Source: Candidatus Adlerbacteria bacterium (GTDB lineage: Bacteria > Patescibacteriota > Minisyncoccia > Phycocordibacterales > SBAW01). From it: 64,000 bases of DNA. The position numbers and the translations under genes were made by a program. The notes under the pieces were generated by a model. It saw only the letters and a list, made by a program, of their open reading frames with translations. It was not told where the DNA came from and searched no databases. Where the stretch lies: assembly GCA_028286685.1 (NCBI GenBank), contig JAQBRA010000002.1, positions 129,073 to 193,072 on the forward strand, written 5' to 3'. This document shows, piece after piece, positions 30,452 to 38,771 of the stretch; positions within the stretch are counted from its first letter, which is position 1, and every line of letters begins with the position of its first letter.

Positions 30452-31537
30452 CTAGCCCAAGTCCTGCAATCTGCGCAGCGCCAAGCCCACGGCCACGGAA
30501 AATTCGGGGCCGGCTTCCTTGAGGATCGCCTCGAGAAATGCGGGCGCCTGCGTCTTGCCGAACGGGTCCGAGAGGCGCAGCTCATTCTGTATCTTTGCCT
30601 GCATGAATTCCTTGAGGCCCTTGAGGGTCGCTCCCCCGCCGGTCAGCACCAAGGCGCCCAGGCTCTGGTTGTGCGATTGCTCCCAGGTAGAGGCGGTGCG
30701 GGCAATCTCTGCCACGAGCGGCGTCAGGGAAAGCTCCAGAGACTGCTTGATGCTGTTTTCAGGAATGGAGAGGAGTCCGAACTTGCGCTTGCGCTCCTCG
30801 GCCTGCGCCACCGTAATGCCAAGGCCGCGCGAGGCAGCCAAGGTCATGTCCTGGCTGCCGTGGTTTATGATATGGCTCTCGCGTATGAGCCCGCGCTCGA
30901 CGATATAAAACTTGGTAGTAGCGGCGCCCATGTCCACAACCGCCACCGGAGCCAGCCCGTGGTCGAGCGCGGCGCGCACGGCGCTAAAGACCTCGATTTC
31001 AAAAAAGGATACCGCGAGCGTCGCATCCGCCGCCATGGCGCGAAACTTGGCTATCGTGTCGTTGTGTATCGCCACCAAAAGGACCTCTATCTTGCCGTCT
31101 TTACCCGCCTCCTTGCCGCCGGTAACCACGAACCAGTCCAAGAGCACCTCGTTTATGGGCACCGGTATGTATTTGCGGGCCTCAATCGGCATCACCGAGG
31201 CAAGCTGGCTTTCAAGGGACGACTGGAGCTTAACGAGCGATATGAGGCTCGAGGCGTACGGAATCGAGATGGCGGCATCCTTGGTCGTGACATTTGCCTC
31301 GCGGATAACGTCCTTGAGGGCCTCGCCTATTTTTTCCGCCGAGAGAGAAGTGGCACGGCCGATCTCCACACCCGCGTAGGGGCCGAGCGCTATCGCGCCG
31401 TACGTTTCAAGCACCACGCGGCCGTGCTCGCGGCGCAGCTGCACTACTTTTATAGATGAGGTGCCTATGTCGATGCCCAAGACGCTCTGCGTCGGCTTGG
31501 AGAACATGGTAGACAGCGATGAGAGAGAGAACGCCAT
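30452..31537 (-). CDS. pilM: type IV pilus assembly protein PilM (actin-like ATPase fold)
   Basis: ORF track. Sequence LGIDIGTSSIKVV... places it in the FtsA/PilM family. Confidence 0.9.
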   Translation of the reverse strand: MAFSLSSLSTMFSKPTQSVLGIDIGTSSIKVVQLRREHGRVVLETYGAIALGPYAGVEIGRATSLSAEKIGEALKDVIREANVTTKDAAISIPYASSLISLVKLQSSLESQLASVMPIEARKYIPVPINEVLLDWFVVTGGKEAGKDGKIEVLLVAIHNDTIAKFRAMAADATLAVSFFEIEVFSAVRAALDHGLAPVAVVDMGAATTKFYIVERGLIRESHIINHGSQDMTLAASRGLGITVAQAEERKRKFGLLSIPENSIKQSLELSLTPLVAEIARTASTWEQSHNQSLGALVLTGGGATLKGLKEFMQAKIQNELRLSDPFGKTQAPAFLEAILKEAGPEFSVAVGLALRRLQDLG

Positions 31538-32174
31538 GATGCTCTATTATATCACCATGCTGCGGAGTTTTATCGCATCTGTAGTGGACTTCATACTTCC
31601 GCCGCGGCGCACGCAGCGCGCAGTCGACATGCTCATGCAAGAAGACCTGCGCAGGCTGCAGAATGCCGGAAAGCTCCCCTACCGCACACCCGAGGCGTCG
31701 GCACTCATTTGGGAGCTTAAATACTACGGCAGCAAGAAGGCGGCCGCACTCGCGGGAGAGTTCCTGGCCGAGGAGCTCTTGGCTATCGCCAGCGAGGAAC
31801 TGGGGCCGCCGCTCCTTATACCGGTGCCCATGCACCCCAGGCGCAGGCAAGAGCGCGGGCACAACCAGACCGAGCTTTTGTGCGAGGCGGCGCTGAGACA
31901 CCTGGGGGCGCCGCCGGATGCTGCTTACGTCTATGCGCCGCGCGCCCTCGCGCGCATTAAACCTACCCAAGAGCAGCAGAAGCTTGGCCGGGCCGCTCGG
32001 CTTACCAATGTAATAGGCTCCATGCAGGCAACAGAGCCTGAGAAAATAAAAGGCCGGGCCTGCGTCGTCGTAGACGACGTTACCACCACGGGCGCCACGC
32101 TCGCCGAAGCGGCACGTGCGCTCAAGGCGGCGGGTGCCGCGCGCGTGCACCTGGTTGCCTTGGCGCAGTCGTAA
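31536..32174 (+). CDS. comF: ComF family protein (competence, phosphoribosyltransferase domain)
   Basis: ORF track 31461-32174. The C-terminal PRTase motif is VVVDDVTTTGATL. ATG at 31536 overlaps the pilM start codon on the opposite strand, so the true start may be the later Met at 31557. Confidence 0.75.
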   Translation: MMLYYITMLRSFIASVVDFILPPRRTQRAVDMLMQEDLRRLQNAGKLPYRTPEASALIWELKYYGSKKAAALAGEFLAEELLAIASEELGPPLLIPVPMHPRRRQERGHNQTELLCEAALRHLGAPPDAAYVYAPRALARIKPTQEQQKLGRAARLTNVIGSMQATEPEKIKGRACVVVDDVTTTGATLAEAARALKAAGAARVHLVALAQS

Positions 32175-32182
32175 TTACGTAA

Positions 32183-32737
32183 TTAGCTACGTAATTTGGG
32201 CACGCGCTTCTCCGCGAGACAAAATCTGAGGGCCAGATCTTTTGCCGTCGATATCCCTATGCGCGGCGATACTACTACGCCATAGGGCGGCGCATCACTG
32301 TTTTCTGCAATAAAAAGACTGCTCGCCGCATCCGTCATATCAACGCCGTCGAGCGCGCGGCTTATGCCGAATGCAATGCCTATTTTTCCGGGCCCATCGG
32401 TTTTGATCTCTATCCCGCGCACGGGCTCAACTGCCCGTATGAGCACCGAGCTTGGCGTGCCGGGCCCCTCAGTCACAACATCAAGCAAAAAATACTGGCG
32501 CATGGCGTGGACATACGCATGCCCCGCTTCCTTATAAAGGCTTCGGTTGCGGATCGTCTCGCCCTTAAAGCCGTGCGCTGCGGAATCTCCGGAGGACAGG
32601 TAGGCTTCCGTCTCGATAATTTTCCCCACCACAAGCTTGCCTGCTATTCTTCTTACCAAGAGCTTGCCCAAAAGGCCTTGCGCAACCTCGGCGGGGTTTC
32701 TGTCAAAAAAACTTCTCGACAGAGGATTCAATTTCAT
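32183..32737 (-). CDS. mpg: DNA-3-methyladenine glycosylase (Mpg/AAG family)
   Basis: ORF track. The IIETEAYLSSGDSAAHGFKGETIRN motif is present. Confidence 0.85.
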   Translation of the reverse strand: MKLNPLSRSFFDRNPAEVAQGLLGKLLVRRIAGKLVVGKIIETEAYLSSGDSAAHGFKGETIRNRSLYKEAGHAYVHAMRQYFLLDVVTEGPGTPSSVLIRAVEPVRGIEIKTDGPGKIGIAFGISRALDGVDMTDAASSLFIAENSDAPPYGVVVSPRIGISTAKDLALRFCLAEKRVPKLRS

Positions 32738-32740
32738 GCG

Positions 32741-33550
32741 TTAGCCTTTGCGGAAGAGGTACGCGGCCACGGGCACGGCGACTATGACCGTGCCAATGCA
32801 CCAAATGGCAGCCATGAGCGCATGATTGCCCATGGGAGTCCCGACCATGAGCGCGCGCATCGCCTCTATCACATGAGTCACCGGCTGGTTTTCGGCAAAT
32901 AGGCGTAAGCCCCACGGCATGCCCTCGGTCGGCACGAATGCGCTTGAAGCGAAGGTTAGCGGGAAGACGAAGAAGAATCCCATCCACTGCACGGCCTCTA
33001 CCGTGCGGGCTAAAAGGCCCATGATAGCGGCGAGCCACGATATCGCAAAGGTAAACAGCAAGAGGAGCCCCAGTATATAAAGCCACTCGATAGGCCCGGC
33101 CGTCGGACGGAAGCCGACCAGGAATGCGACCGCGATGAGTATCGCCGAGGACAGCACGTTGCGTGCCAAGTCGGCAATGACGTGCCCGGTCATAAGAGCC
33201 GAGCTTATGGTCGGGAGCGACTTGATGCGCTCGACAATGCCGCGCTGAAGGTCTGCCGCCAGAGAGATAGAGGTCGTGAGCGCGCCGAAGGCCGCCATCT
33301 GTATGAGTATCCCCGCGACCAGGAAGTTTACGTAGGTAGTACTGCCCGTCTCAATCGCCCCGCCGAACACGTAGCGGAACAAGAGCATGAACATAATTGG
33401 CTGTATCGCCAGGCCCAAGAGCTGATCCTTGTTGGTGAGTATGTGGCGCAAGCTGCGCTGGGTCAGCACCCACGAGTCGCTTAGGGCCCATGCAAGCGCC
33501 GAACGCTTCTGAGGCTGTATCGAGCCAATGGGTTTGGGTGTGTATGCCAT
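32741..33550 (-). CDS. ABC-2 type transporter permease
   Basis: ORF track. It has 6 TM segments and an ABC2_membrane architecture. Confidence 0.85.
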   Translation of the reverse strand: MAYTPKPIGSIQPQKRSALAWALSDSWVLTQRSLRHILTNKDQLLGLAIQPIMFMLLFRYVFGGAIETGSTTYVNFLVAGILIQMAAFGALTTSISLAADLQRGIVERIKSLPTISSALMTGHVIADLARNVLSSAILIAVAFLVGFRPTAGPIEWLYILGLLLLFTFAISWLAAIMGLLARTVEAVQWMGFFFVFPLTFASSAFVPTEGMPWGLRLFAENQPVTHVIEAMRALMVGTPMGNHALMAAIWCIGTVIVAVPVAAYLFRKG

Positions 33551-33551
33551 A

Positions 33552-34496
33552 TTAGTTTTTTGCCGCGGCCTCCTCGGCCTCGTGGCCGGTGAGCTTCAGG
33601 AATACGTCGTCGAGCGTGGGCTTGTGCAGCGAGAGGCTCTCGACCATAACGCCCGCGTTCTCGAGCGCCTCGAGCGCGCGTCTCACCTCGCCCACGCCGG
33701 CGGCGGCGATGCTCACCGTCCCCTCTTCGCGGTCGACATGCGCGCCTTCCCCCATCGCCTGCGCCGCGCGCTCGACATGCGCCTCGCCCACGACCACCTC
33801 GAGCCTTTCTTTGCCTACCTTGGCCTTAAGCTCGTCGGCAGTGCCCTCTGCAATAACCGTGCCGTGGTCAATGACCGCGATGCGGTCAGCCAGCTTGTCT
33901 GCCTCTTCCAAGTACTGGGTCGTCAGCAGTATGGTTGTGCCCGCGCGACGCAAGCCCTCTATCACCTCCCACATCTGCAGGCGCGAGCGCGGATCAAGCC
34001 CCGTCGTCGGCTCGTCTAGGAATATGATCGGCGGCGTAGCAACGAGGCTTGCAGCCAGGTCGAGCCGGCGGCGCATGCCGCCGGAGTAGGTCTTGGCAAT
34101 GCGCTCGGATGCGTCGGTAAGGCTAAATTGCTCCAAAAGCTCCTGCGCGCGCGTAGCGCTGTCTGCTTTGCTGAGGTGGTAGAGGCGGCCCATCATCTCA
34201 AGGTTCTGCCGGCCGGTCAGGTAGTCGTCTATAGCTGCGTACTGGCCGGTAAGCCCTATCGTGCGGCGCACATCATTTCCCTCACGCACAACATCGAAGC
34301 CGCCCACCTTTACCTCTCCCCCGTCGGGCTCTATAAGCGTCGAGAGGATGCGGACAATAGTGGTCTTGCCCGCGCCATTGGGGCCGAGCAGCGCCAGCAT
34401 GGTGCCGCGCTCCACCACAAGGTCGACGCCTTTTAAGACCGAGAGTTTGCCGTAGGACTTCGTGAGCCCCTTGGTATAAATGGCTGCATCTTGCAT
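33552..34496 (-). CDS. ABC transporter ATP-binding protein (DrrA-like)
   Basis: ORF track. It has Walker A GPNGAGKTT, an LSGGMRRR signature and Walker B. Confidence 0.9.
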   Translation of the reverse strand: MQDAAIYTKGLTKSYGKLSVLKGVDLVVERGTMLALLGPNGAGKTTIVRILSTLIEPDGGEVKVGGFDVVREGNDVRRTIGLTGQYAAIDDYLTGRQNLEMMGRLYHLSKADSATRAQELLEQFSLTDASERIAKTYSGGMRRRLDLAASLVATPPIIFLDEPTTGLDPRSRLQMWEVIEGLRRAGTTILLTTQYLEEADKLADRIAVIDHGTVIAEGTADELKAKVGKERLEVVVGEAHVERAAQAMGEGAHVDREEGTVSIAAAGVGEVRRALEALENAGVMVESLSLHKPTLDDVFLKLTGHEAEEAAAKN

Positions 34497-34535
34497 GTAA
34501 TTATAAGTATACCAAATCGGCCCTATGTGAAAAAG

Positions 34536-34562
34536 AAAATACGCCCGCGCGGGCGTATTTCC
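34536..34562. terminator. bidirectional terminator aaaatacgcccGCGCgggcgtatttcc
   Basis: A perfect 8-bp GC stem with A-run and T-run flanks lies between convergent gene ends. Confidence 0.7.
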
Positions 34563-34582
34563 AAGAAAACTCGGTGGTGTAC

Positions 34583-35272
34583 TTAGTACGTGAGACGGTA
34601 GCTGGCTACGATAGTGCCCATAAGCGCTGCGGCCGCATCAACGTTTGCCTTCTGCTGCGCCACCTCGCTAGCCGAGAGCTTGGCAATGTCGGAGGTAGTT
34701 ACTACGTCGCGGATCTCAAAGCAGGCCTGATTCTGCTTGATCTGATACGTCGTCGTATTGGTCAGCTGGCCCTCTGCGGTCGCGCTGCTGGCGTACTTGG
34801 TAAAGATAGCGCCATTGATAGTAGCCGTAGACGAGGTGGTCGTCTGCTTTGCGCAGTCGCCCACGTCAGCAGGCTCGGAGCTGACACTGAGCGTAAGGCG
34901 ATCAACAACGGTGCCCATCTGGGCGTAGAGCGCCGCGACGCCGACTGCGCCCGGAGCCTTAAAGCTGCCCGCAGCAAGACCGGTGGTCTGGAGCGTCATA
35001 GTGCCCGGGTACTGGAAGCTAAAGCCGAACGGAGTCGAGAACGACTTGAGGCCGGTAGCGGTGCCGGAGCCCGGAGCCGTAGTCTGGCCGCCAGTTGCGG
35101 CACCCGGCTGTGCAGTACCCGGATTCTGGCCAGTAGTGGCAGGCGTAGTCGTAGCGGTCTGATCCATCGGATTCTGCGGCATAGAAATTACTCCCTGGCT
35201 AAAAAGGATCCACAGGCCGCCGAGGACGACGATAATAAGGGCGAGCACGAGATACTTCATTCGTTGTGTCAT
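34583..35272 (-). CDS. hypothetical membrane-anchored secreted protein (Thr/Gly/Ala-rich linker)
   Basis: ORF track, 229 aa with an N-terminal TM helix. Confidence 0.6.
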   Translation of the reverse strand: MTQRMKYLVLALIIVVLGGLWILFSQGVISMPQNPMDQTATTTPATTGQNPGTAQPGAATGGQTTAPGSGTATGLKSFSTPFGFSFQYPGTMTLQTTGLAAGSFKAPGAVGVAALYAQMGTVVDRLTLSVSSEPADVGDCAKQTTTSSTATINGAIFTKYASSATAEGQLTNTTTYQIKQNQACFEIRDVVTTSDIAKLSASEVAQQKANVDAAAALMGTIVASYRLTY

Positions 35273-35403
35273 AAGGTATATGAAATTAATAACTACTAAA
35301 CTTTAGCACGCAAAAGCGGCACCGCCCGGACTCTCTATAGTCCCGCTTGCGGTACCAGGCGAGTATAGGCCCTGCTTCATGAAGAATGCGGGAAGACTCC
35401 AGA

Positions 35404-35562
35404 CTAAAAGCCCGCGAGCGAGACGCCCAAGTAGTAGGGCCACAGCGCGATAGCGAAAACCCCCTTCCAAAAGGGGAGGCTGAGGTAGCCTATGGTAAAC
35501 AGCCACGCCGCTATCCAGAACCCGCCCGAGAGCGTGTGGTGCTCAATTTTTATCTTTTCCAT
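35404..35562 (-). CDS. possible small membrane protein (52 aa)
   Basis: Not in the track because it is under 60 aa. ATG at the complement of 35560-35562 opens MEKIKIEHHTLSGGFWIAAWLFTIGYLSLPFWKGVFAIALWPYYLGVSLAGF, which contains two hydrophobic helices. Confidence 0.3.
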   Translation of the reverse strand: MEKIKIEHHTLSGGFWIAAWLFTIGYLSLPFWKGVFAIALWPYYLGVSLAGF

Positions 35563-35612
35563 GAAAATCAGTTAGCCCGTAATAAATGTACTGGCTAACT
35601 GTAGCACTGTTA

Positions 35613-35990
35613 CTAGGCGGAAGGGCTCGGATCGTGCCAGACCACCTCTATATTATTGCCGTCGAGATCATGGATGAAGGCGGCGTAGTAGCCGGGGCCG
35701 TACTCCTTGCGATAGCCAGGGGCGCCGTTGTCTCCCCCTCCGGCCTCAATCCCTGTCTTATGGAAGGCATCTACCTCTTCCTTTGTCTTAACGGCAAAGG
35801 CGGTGTGCCCGCCGCCCGCCGGCTGCTTTACGGAAATCCAAAAGTCGCTATGCTCGGTCTCGCCGAATCCGCACACCTTGTACTCCTCCATATCGGCCCC
35901 GAGCTTGTAGCCCAGAGGCGCCAAAGCCTTCGTATAAAACTCTTTGGACTTTAAATAATCGCTTATGCCTGCAGATGCGTGGTCAATCAT
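35613..35990 (-). CDS. VOC family (glyoxalase/bleomycin-resistance fold) protein
   Basis: ORF track 35613-36053. Start at internal Met 22 (35990) gives a typical ~125-aa VOC protein. Confidence 0.7.
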   Translation of the reverse strand: MIDHASAGISDYLKSKEFYTKALAPLGYKLGADMEEYKVCGFGETEHSDFWISVKQPAGGGHTAFAVKTKEEVDAFHKTGIEAGGGDNGAPGYRKEYGPGYYAAFIHDLDGNNIEVVWHDPSPSA

Positions 35991-36043
35991 ATATAGAGTA
36001 TACGGCGGGTTTCTAAATATTGAAGGAAGAATATTCTGTAAGC

Positions 36044-36943
36044 CTATTTGCACTCAGCCTTAAGCGCCGCCTGGTCCTCGGCACTGAGCGCAAAGCGCTC
36101 GCCCACATTGACCGGATTCATTATCGATTCCTCGCCACTGGTGTGATCCAGGCCCAAAGCGTGCCCCAGTTCGTGGGCAAGCACCCGCAGGAAGGCCGTC
36201 TGGCTGTCGAACTGGTATATGTCTATGCGCTTGCCCGAGGCATCAGACCGGTAGACCCCTTCCTCAAATTGCGTGCCCACCAGCCCGTTGCCGTTTATCT
36301 CCTCGACATTGTCGTTGATATGGTCGACCAGCAGATTGTACTTGTCTATGAGCGCATTAATCTCATCCGCCAGGCGGTTTATCTCCTGCTGCTTTGCCTC
36401 AAGAACGGCTACTTGCTGCATGAGCGTCCGTTTCTGCGCGGCGAGCTTGTCATATTCAGGCGGCGGCGCACCGCCCCGGTCGTTCCAATACTCGACACGC
36501 TCGTTGTAGGCGCTCTGGGCGTCGTTAAACGCCGCCGCCTGCCGCTTAAACTCTGCCTGCGCCGTGTTGTAATCAATCTGCAATGACGAGTACTGCTGCT
36601 TGACCGAACTTGCTACGCGGCCAGTCTCGTCTATCGCCTCATTCAGCTCCGCCGCCTGCTGGGTCACCTGCTGGCGGGTGTCGTATACCAGATTAATGAC
36701 CAGTGCGCCCTGAGCGTCGTACGCAAACAAGGGCTTGCCTTTTGCATCGCTCCAAAGGTCGGCGGCCTTGGCAATATCCCTTAAAAAATCCTCCTCGCTA
36801 ACCCCAAAGCGCGGGTCGATAGTCCCGATCCTATACTCGATAGGCTTGGTGCACGGCACATAGTGGGTCTGCCATGCGTAGGCCGCCGTGGCTGCAAATG
36901 CAATCCACAACAGCAGCGTACCGATATACTTGGGCACCCTCAT
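36044..36943 (-). CDS. matrixin-like zinc metalloprotease (HExxHxxGxxH) with central coiled-coil, membrane-anchored
   Basis: ORF track. VLAHELGHALGLDH is near the C-terminus, a long Gln/Ala-rich coiled coil is central, and an N-terminal TM helix is present. Confidence 0.75.
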   Translation of the reverse strand: MRVPKYIGTLLLWIAFAATAAYAWQTHYVPCTKPIEYRIGTIDPRFGVSEEDFLRDIAKAADLWSDAKGKPLFAYDAQGALVINLVYDTRQQVTQQAAELNEAIDETGRVASSVKQQYSSLQIDYNTAQAEFKRQAAAFNDAQSAYNERVEYWNDRGGAPPPEYDKLAAQKRTLMQQVAVLEAKQQEINRLADEINALIDKYNLLVDHINDNVEEINGNGLVGTQFEEGVYRSDASGKRIDIYQFDSQTAFLRVLAHELGHALGLDHTSGEESIMNPVNVGERFALSAEDQAALKAECK

Positions 36944-36986
36944 ATCGCTATTATATGCATTGCCATCAGCTCTGGATACGGAGGCA

Positions 36987-38096
36987 TTACTTGGTAAACG
37001 TAAGGACGACCACCTCGCTATTGGTGCCCACGCGCAGCGGAGGGCCCCAGGTGCCTACCCCGCTACTGGTGTACACCTGCATACTGCCCAGACGCTTAAG
37101 CCCGTACGCAAAGCCTTGGTACGTCAGCTGGGCCAGGTGCATAAACGGCCACTGCTGTCCCAAGTGCGTATGCCCCGACAACTGCAAAGAAATGCCTGCT
37201 CCGCTTGCCACCTCCAGATGTCTGGGCTCATGCTTGAGCAAGATTGAAGGCTTCTCGGGGGCAATAGGCAACGCCGCCAGTACGGCAGCAAACTCATCGC
37301 GACCGCCAGTAGTCTTGTAGTCGACGCCTATAAGCTGCACTCCGTCTATATCGAGTAGCTCATCTTGCAGTACGCGCACATCTGCCGAGCGCAAGGCATC
37401 CATAAATGCGGCCGCGTCGCCATACTCCTCGTGGTTGCCGGTAATAAAATATATGCCCATTGGCGCCTTAAGACTGGCGAGCGGGGCGGCAAGGCGCTTA
37501 AGGTCGGGCGCCGTCGTGCCGTCAAACAAGTCGCCGCCGATGCACACCAAGTCGTGGGCCGTGCTGTTAACAGCATCAACAACGCGCTGCATGCTTTTCT
37601 CTCCGTGTATCTGGCCAAGGTGGACGTCGCTTATGAACGCGAGCCTCCTCCCCTCCCAGGCCGGGGGTAAGTTGGGCAACTGCGCCTCCAGTTCGCGTAC
37701 TACAATGGTGCGCGCATGCGCATAGCCGTACGCACTTACTAGTAGTGCCAGAGCCATAGACGCCCAGCCTACCCACGGCACCAGGCTGCCCGCGACAAAC
37801 ACCGCCACGCCATACACCGATGCCGCAATAAAAAGGTACGCGAACGCGCCCATCCATACCGCAGACGCCTTGTAGTAGGCGCGCGTCCATACAGTGTGGT
37901 ACCGTGTGCCCAAGAAAGTTGAGAGCACGAACGTGCCCGACAACAAGCCCAGCACAAGACCAAGCGTTAGGGCTGGGACCCAGCCGTTGAGCATGAACAT
38001 GGCGGCCCATGCCTCGTATACCACCATGTTGGCGATAAACAGGAATACCGAAAATACGAGCAGGAAGGGTGCGAAGGCAAGCAGACGGCGTCTCAT
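36987..38096 (-). CDS. membrane-anchored metallophosphoesterase (calcineurin-like)
   Basis: ORF track. It has an N-terminal polytopic region followed by the ISDVHLG...GGDLFDG...GNHE motifs. Confidence 0.85.
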   Translation of the reverse strand: MRRRLLAFAPFLLVFSVFLFIANMVVYEAWAAMFMLNGWVPALTLGLVLGLLSGTFVLSTFLGTRYHTVWTRAYYKASAVWMGAFAYLFIAASVYGVAVFVAGSLVPWVGWASMALALLVSAYGYAHARTIVVRELEAQLPNLPPAWEGRRLAFISDVHLGQIHGEKSMQRVVDAVNSTAHDLVCIGGDLFDGTTAPDLKRLAAPLASLKAPMGIYFITGNHEEYGDAAAFMDALRSADVRVLQDELLDIDGVQLIGVDYKTTGGRDEFAAVLAALPIAPEKPSILLKHEPRHLEVASGAGISLQLSGHTHLGQQWPFMHLAQLTYQGFAYGLKRLGSMQVYTSSGVGTWGPPLRVGTNSEVVVLTFTK

Positions 38097-38113
38097 AGCA
38101 CGTGAGTATAACC

Positions 38114-38190
38114 TAGCGAGTGAGAGAACAAAAACTTGTTTTTGATTCCGAGCGAGCGACGGTTATATGAGACGTCCTCGTGCTCATATA
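38114..38190 (-). repeat. copy 1 of a conserved ~77-nt two-hairpin intergenic element
   Basis: tagcgagtgagagaacaaaaacttgtttttgattccgagcgagcgacggttatatgagacgtcctcgtgctcatata. Two similar copies lie at 42977-43053 and 59280-59356. It sits between the EVE gene stop (38205) and the phosphoesterase start (38096). Confidence 0.8.
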
Positions 38191-38204
38191 GCACTATGGG
38201 CTTT

Positions 38205-38669
38205 TTATGCGCCCGATGACAGCTCCACTAGGTAATCAAAATGCTTCTCGCTGACCGGCTGTACCGAGAGCCTGGTGGCCTGCGCCAGCACCATGCCGCG
38301 CAGGACCATGTCGCCCTTAACCTCGGCGAGCGTTATCGGCCGCTTGAACTTCTTTACGAACGCAACGTCCACGAGCCACCAGCGCGGCTTTTCTTTAGTG
38401 GCCTTCGGGTCAAAGTAATGGCTCTTTGCCTCAAACTGTGTGGGGTCCGCGTACGGCTTCCCTACTACCTTAGCCACCCCTACCGCCTGCTTCTCATCGC
38501 CTGAGTGGTAAAACACGCATAGGTCTCCGGGCTGCATGACCATCATAAAGTTGCGCGCCTGATAGTTGCGCACGCCGGTCCAGGCGGTTTTCTTATCGCG
38601 CTTGAGGTCGTCGATGGAATACGTTTCCGGTTCGGATTTTAATAGCCAGTACTGTTTGGGTTCTTTCAT
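38205..38669 (-). CDS. EVE (PUA-like) domain protein
   Basis: ORF track. WLLKSEPETYSIDDL... is typical of EVE domains. Confidence 0.8.
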   Translation of the reverse strand: MKEPKQYWLLKSEPETYSIDDLKRDKKTAWTGVRNYQARNFMMVMQPGDLCVFYHSGDEKQAVGVAKVVGKPYADPTQFEAKSHYFDPKATKEKPRWWLVDVAFVKKFKRPITLAEVKGDMVLRGMVLAQATRLSVQPVSEKHFDYLVELSSGA

Positions 38670-38771
38670 ATAAATACCGGCTCAGTATACCGGTGTGTGG
38701 TCAATTATATAAGGGAGTATGCGGCGGGTTTTTTGAAGAGTGGAGGAAGAAAAATATTATAAGACTGGTAG

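Noticed and set aside
38097-38113. Treating the repeated element as the Shine-Dalgarno/5'UTR of the phosphoesterase gene only
   Set aside because: A separate TATACT-N8-ATG promoter-like signal lies between element copy 1 and that ATG, and the spacing to the start codon differs among the three copies (4, 4 and 18 nt), so a simple RBS role is unlikely.
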